Source: Nanobdellota archaeon (GTDB taxonomy: Archaea > Nanobdellota > Nanobdellia > Woesearchaeales > GW2011-AR9). From it: a stretch of 61,258 nucleotides of DNA. Shown here one piece after another: positions 19,562 through 29,159 of the stretch. A program made the position numbers and the translations under genes. The notes under the pieces were generated by a model. It worked only from the letters and a program-made list of their open reading frames with translations, searched no databases and was not told where the DNA came from. The DNA is taken from the NCBI GenBank assembly GCA_040751885.1, contig JBFMFP010000001.1, positions 1 through 61,258 on the forward strand, in the 5' to 3' direction. Every line of letters starts with the position of its first letter. The first letter of the stretch is position 1.

Positions 19562-19962
19562 ATTTCTTCCAAACAATTGCAAACTTCGGAAAATTTTAGT
19601 AGTTTCTTAGCTTCTTCAAAAGTAAACCAAGCGAATCCCCTATGTTCCGAGGAAATAATAGGGTTCTTATTACACAGACCAACAAATAATACCATTTTTC
19701 GTAAAGAACCAGAAGGAGCTTTATATTCATAGGTAAAACTCTTCAACTGTCTATTTTCTTTTGCAATGGTAATATCTTTATCAACATTAAAGTTCACTTC
19801 TTCAGTCAGTTCCCGCTTAGCGGTATCATAATACGTTTCAGAATGTTCTTGATGTCCTTTTGGGAACTCCCATTCTCCAAGATTGGGATGTTTTAATAAT
19901 AAAAAAAATATTTCTGGTGCTTTTTGGTATAATACAAACCCACACGATACTTCTTTTTGCAT
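19513..19962 (-). CDS. Nudix hydrolase
   Basis: Nudix box GHQEHSETYYDTAKRELTEEVNF. Confidence 0.85.
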   Translation of the reverse strand: MQKEVSCGFVLYQKAPEIFFLLLKHPNLGEWEFPKGHQEHSETYYDTAKRELTEEVNFNVDKDITIAKENRQLKSFTYEYKAPSGSLRKMVLFVGLCNKNPIISSEHRGFAWFTFEEAKKLLKFSEVCNCLEEIYKFVRTSSNDSKISE

Positions 19963-20110
19963 CCTAAGTTAATTTCCTGATTGATTTATATACTTTTCTG
20001 AGGAGACTGCCTCTTTGTCATATTAACGAAACAACTATGCCCGCAAAAACTCTTTCCGCTTCGCTCCAACCCAGCATTGTGTGGCAGCGTCTTACTTAAT
20101 GTATAGTACC

Positions 20111-20214
20111 GATTTTGGTTTACACTAAAAATAAAAAATTCATTTTTAAATGTTTATAAATAAAAACACCACTACCCCGCAGGTTTCTTTTTTTTCAAAA
20201 TGTAAACCAAAATC
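20111..20214. repeat. 13-bp perfect inverted repeat gattttggtttac / gtaaaccaaaatc with a 78-bp spacer
   Basis: Read directly at 20111-20123 and 20202-20214. A third partial copy, aaatgtaaaccgatt, lies at about 20408. Confidence 0.7.
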
Positions 20215-20351
20215 TATTGTTTATACTGTTGCTCTATTTTCCACAGTCCCATTCTACTAATCATCATAGCGCAGGCTATTTCTTTCTTTTCTATTCCTTT
20301 CTTTATTTGCCGAATAATCCATTTTCTTTTTTTTTCATTAAGTTTATACAT
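20214..20351 (-). CDS. 45-aa HTH-like ORF, possibly a transposase or resolvase N-terminal remnant
   Basis: MYKLNEKKRKWIIRQIKKGIEKKEIACAMMISRMGLWKIEQQYKQ. Flanked by aaatgtaaacc direct repeats. Below the ORF-track size cut-off. Confidence 0.3.
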   Translation of the reverse strand: MYKLNEKKRKWIIRQIKKGIEKKEIACAMMISRMGLWKIEQQYKQ

Positions 20352-20546
20352 TGTTCTCAATCCTCCTTTTGGATCATCAACTTTTTTTCTTAATTTATAA
20401 ACCTAAAGAAATGTAAACCGATTATGATACTAAACAATGAAATTTCACAACCAAAACATTTAAAAATAACAACCATTTTCATAAAAAATAAATGATGGGT
20501 GTACGTTAATTAAATGATGGATGTTAATCATTCTGGGTGTTATTAA

Positions 20547-21176
20547 ATGGAAGAAAGATTAAAGACAGGAACCACAACAGTGGGGATAGTGTGTAAGGAC
20601 GGCGTTGTCCTTGCTGCAGATAAAAGGGCTACGGCCGGGAATATGATTGTGGACAAGAGGGCGGAAAAAGTCCATATCCTTTCAGATGATTTTGCTGTGA
20701 CTATCGCTGGAACTGTATCCGATGCCCAGCTGATGATCAAGCTGATCAAAGCTGAGCTTAAGCTTAAGGAAGTGCGCACGTACAAAAGCCCTTCTGTGAA
20801 AGAAGCGGCCAACCTGCTTGGCGGGCTGTTATATTCAAACATTAGAAAAATGAGCATGATTTTTGGCATTGCCCACTTTTTGCTTGCCGGGAAGGACAAT
20901 GAAGGCGTTCATTTATATGATTTATACCCGGATGGAAGCGTTACGGAAGTGCAGGACTTTGTTTCTTCCGGCTCAGGCTCGGTTTTTGCTTACGGTGTTT
21001 TAGAAACACATTATAAAAAAGACATGACTGTCAGCGAAGCTGTCAATTTGGCTGTCAAAGCAGTAAATACAGCATTGCAGAGGGACAGTGCAACTGGCAA
21101 CGGAATAGATGTAGTTACCATAACAGACAGGGAAATCAAGCGGGTGATGAGGAAAGAATTAGTTTGCAGCTTGTAA
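20547..21176 (+). CDS. psmB: Proteasome subunit beta
   Basis: TGTTTVGIVCKDGVVLAADKRAT (Thr1 after a short propeptide). Confidence 0.9.
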   Translation: MEERLKTGTTTVGIVCKDGVVLAADKRATAGNMIVDKRAEKVHILSDDFAVTIAGTVSDAQLMIKLIKAELKLKEVRTYKSPSVKEAANLLGGLLYSNIRKMSMIFGIAHFLLAGKDNEGVHLYDLYPDGSVTEVQDFVSSGSGSVFAYGVLETHYKKDMTVSEAVNLAVKAVNTALQRDSATGNGIDVVTITDREIKRVMRKELVCSL

Positions 21177-21399
21177 TTTTTCTACTAGTTTTAGATAATT
21201 AACCAATTCGTTTAGTGATTGTCAACAGCTAAAATCATAATTGTAACGTTTGCAACATTAGTTTGTAGCATTAAATTTCAAATAATTCAGTTCAATAATT
21301 AAGCAATTCAAATAATTAGGTAATTCAAATAATTAAGCAAATTGAGCATTTATAATAAATAGATAACAATTAAACACGAGGTTAAATACAAAATTAATT

Positions 21400-23289
21400 A
21401 TGGCCGATATACTTAAAGAGATAATTAAACTGCTGCCGGAAGGAAAAATATCTGATGCAGCATTTGAAGGCGCTAACATAGTGCTGTACACAAAGAACAA
21501 AGATTTTTTCATAGATAATGGCGGAACGATCCGCAATGCCGTCAAAGAGTTCAGGAAGAGGATAGAGCTGCGTCCCGATCCTTCTTTATGCATGGAGCTG
21601 GAAGAGGCTAAAAAGTTTATCCAGCAAATTATCCCCGAAGAAGCCTGCGCACAGGAATTTATTTTTGATCCGCCCAGGTCACAGGTGATCATTCATGCTG
21701 AAAAGCCCGGGTTGGTCATCGGGAAGCAGGGAGAGTACCTTAAAGAGATTCGTGAGAAGACCTTCTGGGTGCCATTAATTCAACGCCTGCCTCCGATAAG
21801 GTCCAGGCTGATTGAAGGCATCCGTTCAGTCCTATACGAAAATGCTGCTGAACGGAAAAAATTTCTTGACAAGACCGGGCACAGGATTTATGACGGCTGG
21901 ATCAGGGAAAAGAAACACGAATGGGTTCGCCTATCCTGTTTAGGTGCATCCAGGCAGGTTGGGAGGAGCTGTTTCTTATTGCAGACGCCGGAATCAAGAG
22001 TTCTTTTAGATTGCGGCATAGATCCTGGGCAGGAGGGAGCAGAGTCATATCCATTCCTTGATGCTCCTGAATTTAATATCAGCGAGATAGACGCAGTTGT
22101 GGTTACACATTCGCACTTAGACCATTCCGGGCTGATACCTTACCTGTTTAAATTTGGATATACAGGCCCGGTTTACTGCACTTTACCGACAAGGGATGTC
22201 ATGTCCTTGCTGCAACTGGATATGATTAAGATTCAGCGTTCTGAGGGTAAAGAGCCCATTTACACCAGCGAGGAGGTCAGGCAGATGGTCTTACATACCA
22301 TTTGTCCGGATTATGAAGAAGTTACTGACATTACTCCCGACGTCAGGCTGACTTTCTATAACGCTGGGCATATCTTAGGCAGCTCTATTGTCCATTTGAA
22401 CATAGGCAACGGCTTGCACAATTTTGCTTATACCGGTGATTTGAAATATGCACGCAGCAATGTTCTGGAATCTGCAGACACACAGTTCCCCAGGCTTGAA
22501 ACGCTGATGATTGAGTCCACTTATGGCGGGAAAGAAAATGTAATTATGGAGCGGGAAGCTGACGATTACATGATTGACGTCATCCAGAAAACGTTTGAGC
22601 GCGGCGGGAAAGTTTTAATGCCTGTCTTGGGAGCAGGAAGGGCACAGGAAGTTATGATCATTGTTGAGCGGCTGATGCGCGAGAAGAGAATTCCTGAAGT
22701 ACCTGTTTATCTTGACGGGATGCTCTGGGACGTTACGGCCATACATACGGCTTACCCGGAATTCTTAAACAGGAATATAAGAGAACATATCTTTCACAAA
22801 GAGAACAACCCTTTTCTTTCACCTGTTTTTAAGCAGGTAGGCTTGCCGAAGGAAAGGAAGAAAATCATTCTTGAAGAAGGTCCGTGCCTGATCTTAGCTA
22901 CTTCGGGTATGCTTATCGGTGGGGCTTCAGTTGAATATCTCAAAGAGCTCTGCGAAGGCAAGAAGCACTCCCTCGTTTTTAGCTGCTACCAGCCGCCTGG
23001 GACTTTGGGCCACCGCATCAGGGAAGGCGAGAAAGAGGTAATGTTCCGCGATAACGGAAAGGGACAGGTGTATAACATCAATATGGAAGTGCATAAGGTT
23101 GAGATAACCGGACACTCTGACAGAAAGCAATTGATGAATTTTATCAAACGGTGCAATCCCCAGCCGCGTAAGATCATCATTGTGCACGGTGAAAGTTCAA
23201 GATGCTTGGATTTGGCTTCTTCTGTACACAAGACTTTCAGGATAGAAACAGTAGCTCCAAAGAATTTGGAAGTGATAAGGATAAAGTAA
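21400..23289 (+). CDS. aCPSF1/FttA-type KH, metallo-beta-lactamase and beta-CASP ribonuclease
   Basis: 629 aa. N-terminal KH region, VTHSHLDHSG (HxHxDH), beta-CASP C-terminus. Confidence 0.9.
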   Translation: MADILKEIIKLLPEGKISDAAFEGANIVLYTKNKDFFIDNGGTIRNAVKEFRKRIELRPDPSLCMELEEAKKFIQQIIPEEACAQEFIFDPPRSQVIIHAEKPGLVIGKQGEYLKEIREKTFWVPLIQRLPPIRSRLIEGIRSVLYENAAERKKFLDKTGHRIYDGWIREKKHEWVRLSCLGASRQVGRSCFLLQTPESRVLLDCGIDPGQEGAESYPFLDAPEFNISEIDAVVVTHSHLDHSGLIPYLFKFGYTGPVYCTLPTRDVMSLLQLDMIKIQRSEGKEPIYTSEEVRQMVLHTICPDYEEVTDITPDVRLTFYNAGHILGSSIVHLNIGNGLHNFAYTGDLKYARSNVLESADTQFPRLETLMIESTYGGKENVIMEREADDYMIDVIQKTFERGGKVLMPVLGAGRAQEVMIIVERLMREKRIPEVPVYLDGMLWDVTAIHTAYPEFLNRNIREHIFHKENNPFLSPVFKQVGLPKERKKIILEEGPCLILATSGMLIGGASVEYLKELCEGKKHSLVFSCYQPPGTLGHRIREGEKEVMFRDNGKGQVYNINMEVHKVEITGHSDRKQLMNFIKRCNPQPRKIIIVHGESSRCLDLASSVHKTFRIETVAPKNLEVIRIK

Positions 23290-23299
23290 GACCTAAACG

Positions 23300-23307
23300 T
23301 TTATAAA
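23300..23307 (+). promoter_or_regulatory. TATA-like box tttataaa about 27 nt upstream of the first GCCAGCG copy
   Basis: It is the only TATA-like element upstream of tRNA-Ser. None lies upstream of the second copy. Confidence 0.4.
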
Positions 23308-23333
23308 ATCAAACAGGAATTCTTTCCATTATT

Positions 23334-23561
23334 GCCAGCGTCGCATGCACAGAAATAGATTAAGATTTCTGGTCGCGACTCGGCATTACCATGCCAGCGT
23401 CGCATAATCTGGTACTTTGCGTAAGCAAAGGTTTACGCGAAGCGGAAAATTGCGCAGGTCTTGAAGCAGCTTTAAGAAAGTCGCATCAAAATGGCGGTTA
23501 AAGCCACCTAAAAGTAAACCTGTCCCTTCGGGGATTCTCGGTTCAAATCCGAGCGCTGGCG
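23334..23561 (+). tRNA. tRNA-Ser(UGA), class II, with at least 2 introns and a duplicated 13-nt 5' end
   Basis: After removing about 33 nt (~23417-23449, D-loop/D-stem boundary) and 23466-23516 (37/38), the sequence reads GCCAGCG-TC-GCA-TAATCTGGTAC..-TGC-G-CAGGT-CTTGAAA-ACCTG-TCCCTTCGGGGATT-CTCGG-TTCAAAT-CCGAG-CGCTGGC-G. GCCAGCGTCGCAT occurs at both 23334 and 23393. Confidence 0.7.
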
Positions 23562-23566
23562 TCAAT

Positions 23567-24616
23567 TTAATTCTGCTTGCAAAACTCAAGAGATTGAAGC
23601 GAGTAAAATTTACCGTCTGAGATTCCTGTTCCTTTAATACACAAATAGTAGTGTCCTGCTAAGCTGGAAATGTCTTTGTCCGGTTCAAAACTGTTGCCGT
23701 TATCTGCAGAGAAGCGTGCTTTTTGGCTGTTTTTGTCAATTTCAATAACCACTGAAAAAGGTTCTAATTTATCGCTGATGTTGGAAGTGCTGTATAAAGC
23801 GATAGTGTTGCCATTTCCGTCGGCCAAACCCCAGTCTATTGTAGCAGATTTGGGAACTTTATATTTGCCAGATATACTAAACCTACCGCCGGTATCAAAT
23901 AAATCTGCTGACTGCTGGTTAGCTGAAATTAATTTCCATAGAACGTCGTGGTTAACTCCATAAATGTCTAAATATTGACCTGTGATTACATAAGCTTCAT
24001 TTTCTAAAGTAAGACTGAATTCAGAAACTTTCTGGTTAAATTCACTCCCTTTGTCGGTCTTTAAAGGGGGAATATTGCCGCTGAAATAAGTCTGATAAAT
24101 ACAACCCCCGGCATCGTTTTCTGCGTCACCATCAGCATCTCCGCTTTCTGCGTCGGCTGCACCGGAATCAATCCCGGCTTCACTGATTTTTCCACCATCG
24201 CCGTCTACTCCGCTGTCTTGAGGGTTTTTTCCTGCATCTTTTTCTTTCTTTCCGCCGTCTTTTGGCCCTTCACTGCTTACTTGAACTTGATTTAAGGTAT
24301 CTTGATTCATCTTGTTTGGGTCCAAATAAGGTACATTGTCGGTAGGCTTCCCAACTTGATGATAATTTGCGGGCAAACCAGAATCTACGGATTCAGAATT
24401 AACAGAATGGGAATCAACAGGCAGCCCAATCCAATAACCATCTTTGCTGGGATGGGCATCGCTGCTGCTCTCTGTGCAAATGTCTTCAAGACATCTAATC
24501 TGCTGATCACCTTCGTCAGGGGAAATGTTGTTTTTCTGGCTGCAGGTAGCTATGGCAGAAGGAGCAGCCAGAGCAGCAATGAAGATAGCAACCTTACTTT
24601 GCCTGTTTAGAGCCAT
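23567..24616 (-). CDS. Secreted lipoprotein-like hypothetical protein with an acidic linker
   Basis: Signal plus lipobox-like AIATC, and a D/G/S-rich low-complexity linker. Confidence 0.6.
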   Translation of the reverse strand: MALNRQSKVAIFIAALAAPSAIATCSQKNNISPDEGDQQIRCLEDICTESSSDAHPSKDGYWIGLPVDSHSVNSESVDSGLPANYHQVGKPTDNVPYLDPNKMNQDTLNQVQVSSEGPKDGGKKEKDAGKNPQDSGVDGDGGKISEAGIDSGAADAESGDADGDAENDAGGCIYQTYFSGNIPPLKTDKGSEFNQKVSEFSLTLENEAYVITGQYLDIYGVNHDVLWKLISANQQSADLFDTGGRFSISGKYKVPKSATIDWGLADGNGNTIALYSTSNISDKLEPFSVVIEIDKNSQKARFSADNGNSFEPDKDISSLAGHYYLCIKGTGISDGKFYSLQSLEFCKQN

Positions 24617-24701
24617 GCAAGGGAAGAAATAAGTGAATTATATAAACTTTTATCTCATTTTTTTTAATTTTATCAAATTAGCTTTTTTAAAAAAACAGTT
24701 T

Positions 24702-25799
24702 TTATCTCTTCCCTTTCCCGACTGCTTCAGAAATGTTGGTAAATCCGTCTCTTTGCAGCAGCACAACCAGCCCTTTGTTGATGTGTTTGATGACTGCAGG
24801 CCCTTCGTAAATCATCCCCGTAACCAGCTGCAGGAGTGAAGCACCGCGCCTGATTTTTTCATAAGCGTCTTCTGCTGTAAATATCCCTCCACAGCCAATG
24901 ATTGTATAACGGCCCTTTGTCTTCTTATAAATGTAAGAAATCAAGTCGTCAGAAAATTTCTGGACCACTTTTCCACTTAATCCTCCTTTCCCGATTTTAA
25001 GGAATGATTCGCTGGGTATGCCCGTCTTCTCCCTGTTTTTTACGAGATTAGAAATAATAAAACCCTGAATGTTATGCTTGTTGCAGACACTGATAATTTT
25101 GTTTATTTCCGCAAAGGACAGATCTGGGGAGATTTTAAGGAAGACGGGCTTTTTTGTTTTGATTAAATCGATCCGTGCAAGCAGCTTCTCAAGAAGTTCC
25201 GGGTTTGAAAAAGGCTGCCCTCCGTAAGCGTTTGGGCAGCTGATGTTGATAGTAAGATAGTCTGCAAAAGGTTCCAGGGTTGAAAATCCTTCTATGTAAT
25301 CAGCAATGCCTTTCTCCGGGTCAGCAGTTTCCTCGCAGTTGGTCTTTGCTATGCTTATGCCTAAAGGAAAAGCAAATTTCTTCCCGCTAAGTTTACTGGC
25401 AAGTTTACTGGCGATAGCTTTGCAGCCTTTGCTTTTCAGGCCGTAATTAACTACGATGGATTTGTGTTTGGGAAGCCGCCAGAGCCGGGGTTTTGCGTTG
25501 CCTGAGCATGGCTTTGCGGTAACGGAGCCTATTTCTTCATATCCAAAACCGATTGAGGGCAGGATATTCATTAAATTAGCGTCTTTATCGAATCCTGCTC
25601 CTAACCCAATTGGATTTTTGAATTTGATTCCGTGAATTGTCTGCTCAAGCAGAGGGTGTTCATAATAGAATGCGCTCTTCAGGGCTTTTCTGGCCAGAAA
25701 AAATCTACCTAAAACCCGGCCATAAAATAAAATAATATTGTGGACTCTTTCCGGGTCTATTTTGAAAAGTATTGGTCGGATAATTTTTTTGTAGAGCAT
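24702..25799 (-). CDS. pyrD: Dihydroorotate dehydrogenase, class 2 (quinone-type)
   Basis: N-terminal membrane-association helix region (PILFKIDPERVH), GLGAGFDKDA, and a GGIFTAEDAYEKIRRGASLLQ tail. Confidence 0.9.
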   Translation of the reverse strand: MLYKKIIRPILFKIDPERVHNIILFYGRVLGRFFLARKALKSAFYYEHPLLEQTIHGIKFKNPIGLGAGFDKDANLMNILPSIGFGYEEIGSVTAKPCSGNAKPRLWRLPKHKSIVVNYGLKSKGCKAIASKLASKLSGKKFAFPLGISIAKTNCEETADPEKGIADYIEGFSTLEPFADYLTINISCPNAYGGQPFSNPELLEKLLARIDLIKTKKPVFLKISPDLSFAEINKIISVCNKHNIQGFIISNLVKNREKTGIPSESFLKIGKGGLSGKVVQKFSDDLISYIYKKTKGRYTIIGCGGIFTAEDAYEKIRRGASLLQLVTGMIYEGPAVIKHINKGLVVLLQRDGFTNISEAVGKGKR

Positions 25800-25904
25800 T
25801 TTTTGTCAAAGAAGTGAATTATTTAAAAAGCTTATTCATTAATTATTCATTTCGTCTCTTTTTTCTTCTTAATTTAATCTTGTTTATTTTTTTCTTATTT
25901 TCTC

Positions 25905-27206
25905 TTACTTCTTTTTATCGACTAGCATTTTATCCACCAGCACAAACAATTTGTCGTTTTCACGGATTTTTTCAGCAACGGGAACAGTAACCCTTGCTCC
26001 CTTTTTTGCGCTTTGGACACTTTCACTTTTTGCATCTTTTCCGTCAACAAATATTGTTTTCACAGTTTGCTTAACTATTCCTGTGGTTGGTCCGGTGATA
26101 AGAATTTCATCGCCCACATTCAGTCCTCCTGCTTCCAGGCGAAATTCGCCGATTTTAACCCTGGAGAAATAGTTCTTTACGGTTCCAAGGTATTTCTTTT
26201 CCTGTGCTGCTTTTGAGCCATAAATCCCGCTCCAGTCGCCTAATTTTTTTCCAAGGTAATAACCACCATGCCAAAAGCCGCGGTTGAATACCTTCTCTAA
26301 TTCTTTGATCCAGGCATCCACTTTCTCTTTGGTGTACGCTCCTGCAAAATAGCTCTCTGCAGCTTCGCGGTAAGCTTTAACTGTTGTGTAAACGTATTCC
26401 GGAGATCTCCCCCGGCCTTCAATTTTAAGCACGGAAACGCCCGTGTTAAGTATTTCACCCATAAAAGCAATTGTACATAAATCTTTAGGGGACATGACAT
26501 ACCTGTTTTCTATTTTTAGCTCATCTCCTGTTTCTTCGTCTATAACCAGGTAAGCCCGTCTGCAGTTTTGCAGGCATACTCCCCTGTTTGCAGAAAGATT
26601 GTAAGTTGCCAGACTCATGTAACATTTGCCGGAAATGGATACACACAAAGCTCCATGAATAAACAATTCTACCCGGATTAAGTTTCCGCTTGGCCCGGTA
26701 ATGTTCTGTTTTTTTATCTCGTCTACAATTTTTTTAATCTGTTTTAACGTCAGTTCTCTAGCTAAGACAACAACGTCGGCAAACTGTGCATAAAACCTGA
26801 CCGCTTCAATATTGCTGATGTTGGCTTGCGTGGACATATGCGCTTCTAGCCCTATAGAGTGGGCGTAAGACAGTGCAGCGATATCCATGCAGATCATTGC
26901 GGTTATTCCAACCTTTTTTGCCGTATCGCATATTTCCTTCATCAGTTGCAAATCTTCGTCGTAAATGATTGTGTTTAAAGTCAGGTAGGATTTTTTGTTG
27001 TACTTCCGGCAGATTTTAGCTATTTTTTTTAAATCGCTGAGAGCGAAGTTATTTGCCGAGCGGGCGCGCATATTCAACTGCCCAATGCCAAAGTACACAG
27101 AATCAGCGCCGGCTTTGATAGCGGCCATAAGCGATTCATACGAGCCGGCTGGAGCCATGATTTCTACGTTTTTTTTATTTCCCATTTTCTGCTGTGTTTT
27201 TTTCAT
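25905..27206 (-). CDS. Peptidase U32 family protein
   Basis: VEIMAPAGSYESLMAAIKAGADSVYFG is a typical U32 N-terminus. Confidence 0.85.
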   Translation of the reverse strand: MKKTQQKMGNKKNVEIMAPAGSYESLMAAIKAGADSVYFGIGQLNMRARSANNFALSDLKKIAKICRKYNKKSYLTLNTIIYDEDLQLMKEICDTAKKVGITAMICMDIAALSYAHSIGLEAHMSTQANISNIEAVRFYAQFADVVVLARELTLKQIKKIVDEIKKQNITGPSGNLIRVELFIHGALCVSISGKCYMSLATYNLSANRGVCLQNCRRAYLVIDEETGDELKIENRYVMSPKDLCTIAFMGEILNTGVSVLKIEGRGRSPEYVYTTVKAYREAAESYFAGAYTKEKVDAWIKELEKVFNRGFWHGGYYLGKKLGDWSGIYGSKAAQEKKYLGTVKNYFSRVKIGEFRLEAGGLNVGDEILITGPTTGIVKQTVKTIFVDGKDAKSESVQSAKKGARVTVPVAEKIRENDKLFVLVDKMLVDKKK

Positions 27207-27240
27207 CTCTCTGTTTTTTCATCTCCCTGTTTTTTTTATC

Positions 27241-28365
27241 TTATTCCTCATCTGCGTCAATTGGATGCCCAAAATTCTTTAAATAAAGAGGTATTTTCTC
27301 TTTCATGTCCTGCCTGTGTTTCTGTTCTAGGGGCAGGCTGCTGATTTCTTTATCCCAGTCAATTTCAGGAAGGGTAGTTAAGTTGCTGATGAACTGCCTC
27401 TGCTCGTTTTTTATCAGTTGCTCAACCAGCTTTGCTTTTTCCGTGCCAAACTGTTTTGTCGCCGGGAATTTAGTAATGGCGTTTGCTCCCGCTTTCATTA
27501 AGTAGCCTGCTTCCTCGCACCTTCTTAAATTAGTTCCGGCAATGATTTCTAATTTTGGGAAACGAATTCTTAAATGGGCCAGCCACTGCACGAACTCTTC
27601 CAATGAAGGGCCATTTGCGTATTCAGTTCCCTTAACCGGCTTGAGCGCATAAACGGTTATTCTGTTTAGTTTATATTTTTCAATGAAATCAAAGAGATAC
27701 TTAATGTCTTCAATTTTGTCTCCCAATCCGACAATGATAGCTACACTTTTCTTAAACCACCTGAGCTGGGAGAGCATCTGTGCATAAGGTTCAATAGGCT
27801 TGCTCGGGCAGACGTATTCATGGACTTTAGGAGTTAACGTTTCCATGGATGCACAGATGCCTTTGACGTAAGGCCTGACTCTTTCCAGGTGCTCCGGGCC
27901 CATAACGCCTAAATTGAGCCAGATCTTTTCTCCATAAACTAAGCTGACGTTCTTAATGATTTCCAATATCTCTTCAAAGGGCATGATTCCATAACCGCCG
28001 GTAAGAAATTCTATTCTCCAGTTAAACTTCTTGCAGAACAAGGCTTCCAGAAGCACTGAAGCCATCGTTCGTCTGGAGTCAGCAGGATGTTTTATTTTAT
28101 GTTTGACTGTCGTGCGGAAGCAGAACCTGCAATCACCTACAGAGCAGTACCAGCTCAGGAAAATACAGCGGCCGTACCATGTTCTGCCGTCAAAATTGTC
28201 GTGATAAGTTTTTTCAGCTTTTTTTAAGAGGGAAAGGGTTTCTTTGCTAAGAGAAGCATTTTCAATACTTAAAGTAGGAGTTTCTTTACTCAAAGAGAGA
28301 GTTTCTTTGCTTAATGGAGATGTTTCTTTTAGTGGAGCTTGTTTTGCCGTGTCCATGGTGTCCAT
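27241..28365 (-). CDS. Radical-SAM-like (BioB/ThiH-like TIM barrel) protein with a repeat-rich N-terminus
   Basis: Cys cluster CIFLSWYCSVGDCRFC (CX6CX4CX2C). The N-terminus has about four SKETLSL-like repeats. Confidence 0.6.
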   Translation of the reverse strand: MDTMDTAKQAPLKETSPLSKETLSLSKETPTLSIENASLSKETLSLLKKAEKTYHDNFDGRTWYGRCIFLSWYCSVGDCRFCFRTTVKHKIKHPADSRRTMASVLLEALFCKKFNWRIEFLTGGYGIMPFEEILEIIKNVSLVYGEKIWLNLGVMGPEHLERVRPYVKGICASMETLTPKVHEYVCPSKPIEPYAQMLSQLRWFKKSVAIIVGLGDKIEDIKYLFDFIEKYKLNRITVYALKPVKGTEYANGPSLEEFVQWLAHLRIRFPKLEIIAGTNLRRCEEAGYLMKAGANAITKFPATKQFGTEKAKLVEQLIKNEQRQFISNLTTLPEIDWDKEISSLPLEQKHRQDMKEKIPLYLKNFGHPIDADEE

Positions 28366-28488
28366 GTTTAGCCTTAATTTGCTGGGTTTTTTATAAAGAT
28401 TTTAGTAGAAACAAGAGAAGAAACCAATTAAAATAATTCCGGTTAAATCTTTTTGAGATTACTTATTGATGACGGAAATGGAAATTAC

Positions 28489-28836
28489 TTAATCTAAGCC
28501 CAAACTTACTTTTATTGCCAAATTGATTCTGCTTATTAAATGATTATCCAAAGAGCCAATTCTTTTTGTAATTCTCGATTTGTCAATGGTTCTTATTTGA
28601 TTTAATAAAATTGTTGAATCCATATTTAAGCCCGATTCTTTTTTTAGAATTGTAACATTGGTGGGAAATTCTTTGGTAAATATTTTTGAAGTGATAGGAG
28701 CAATTACCGTTGTAGGAGAATATTCATTCCCAAAATCATTTTGAAGAACAACCGCAGGCCTTGTTCTGCCCTGCTCACTGCCTATTACAGGGCCTAAATT
28801 TACTAAAATTATATCTCCTCTTTTTATTTTAATCAA
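28489..28836 (-). CDS. mazF: MazF/PemK-family endoribonuclease toxin
   Basis: IKRGDIILVNLGPVIGSEQGRTRPAVVLQND. Confidence 0.85.
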   Translation of the reverse strand: MIKIKRGDIILVNLGPVIGSEQGRTRPAVVLQNDFGNEYSPTTVIAPITSKIFTKEFPTNVTILKKESGLNMDSTILLNQIRTIDKSRITKRIGSLDNHLISRINLAIKVSLGLD

Positions 28837-28848
28837 TTTTAATCAATT

Positions 28849-29070
28849 TTAATCCCAGCTTTTATCTGCTGTTTCCCATTCTTTATTTACAGCCAATGTT
28901 TCAGAAGCCATTTCTTTATAGCCCTCAATTAAGAGCTTTTGTTCGCGTCTCTTTTGTTGCTCAGCAAATTTCATAAGATTTACAATAACTTCTTCGTATG
29001 TTTCTTTGTTAGTTTTTAACTTTTCAAGCTCACTCTTTACATCTTCTCCTATTTGAATTGTTGTTACCAT
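28849..29070 (-). CDS. Putative cognate antitoxin
   Basis: 73-aa ORF 12 nt upstream of mazF on the same strand. No motif recognised beyond its position. Confidence 0.5.
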   Translation of the reverse strand: MVTTIQIGEDVKSELEKLKTNKETYEEVIVNLMKFAEQQKRREQKLLIEGYKEMASETLAVNKEWETADKSWD

Positions 29071-29159
29071 CTGTACTATAGAATAACTATAGTTTATAAA
29101 TCTTCTTGTTTTTTAGATAGAACGAGGGCATTATTATAAAACATTAAGAATAAAAAAAC

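Noticed and set aside
20040-20100. ccgcttcgctc and atgcccgc motifs resembling the tRNA intron families
   Set aside because: The matches are only 8-10 nt and are not collinear with either family. This is insufficient to call a degenerate copy.
23386-23589. 67-aa minus-strand ORF
   Set aside because: It lies antisense to the reconstructed tRNA-Ser. It has no start context and tRNA-like composition.
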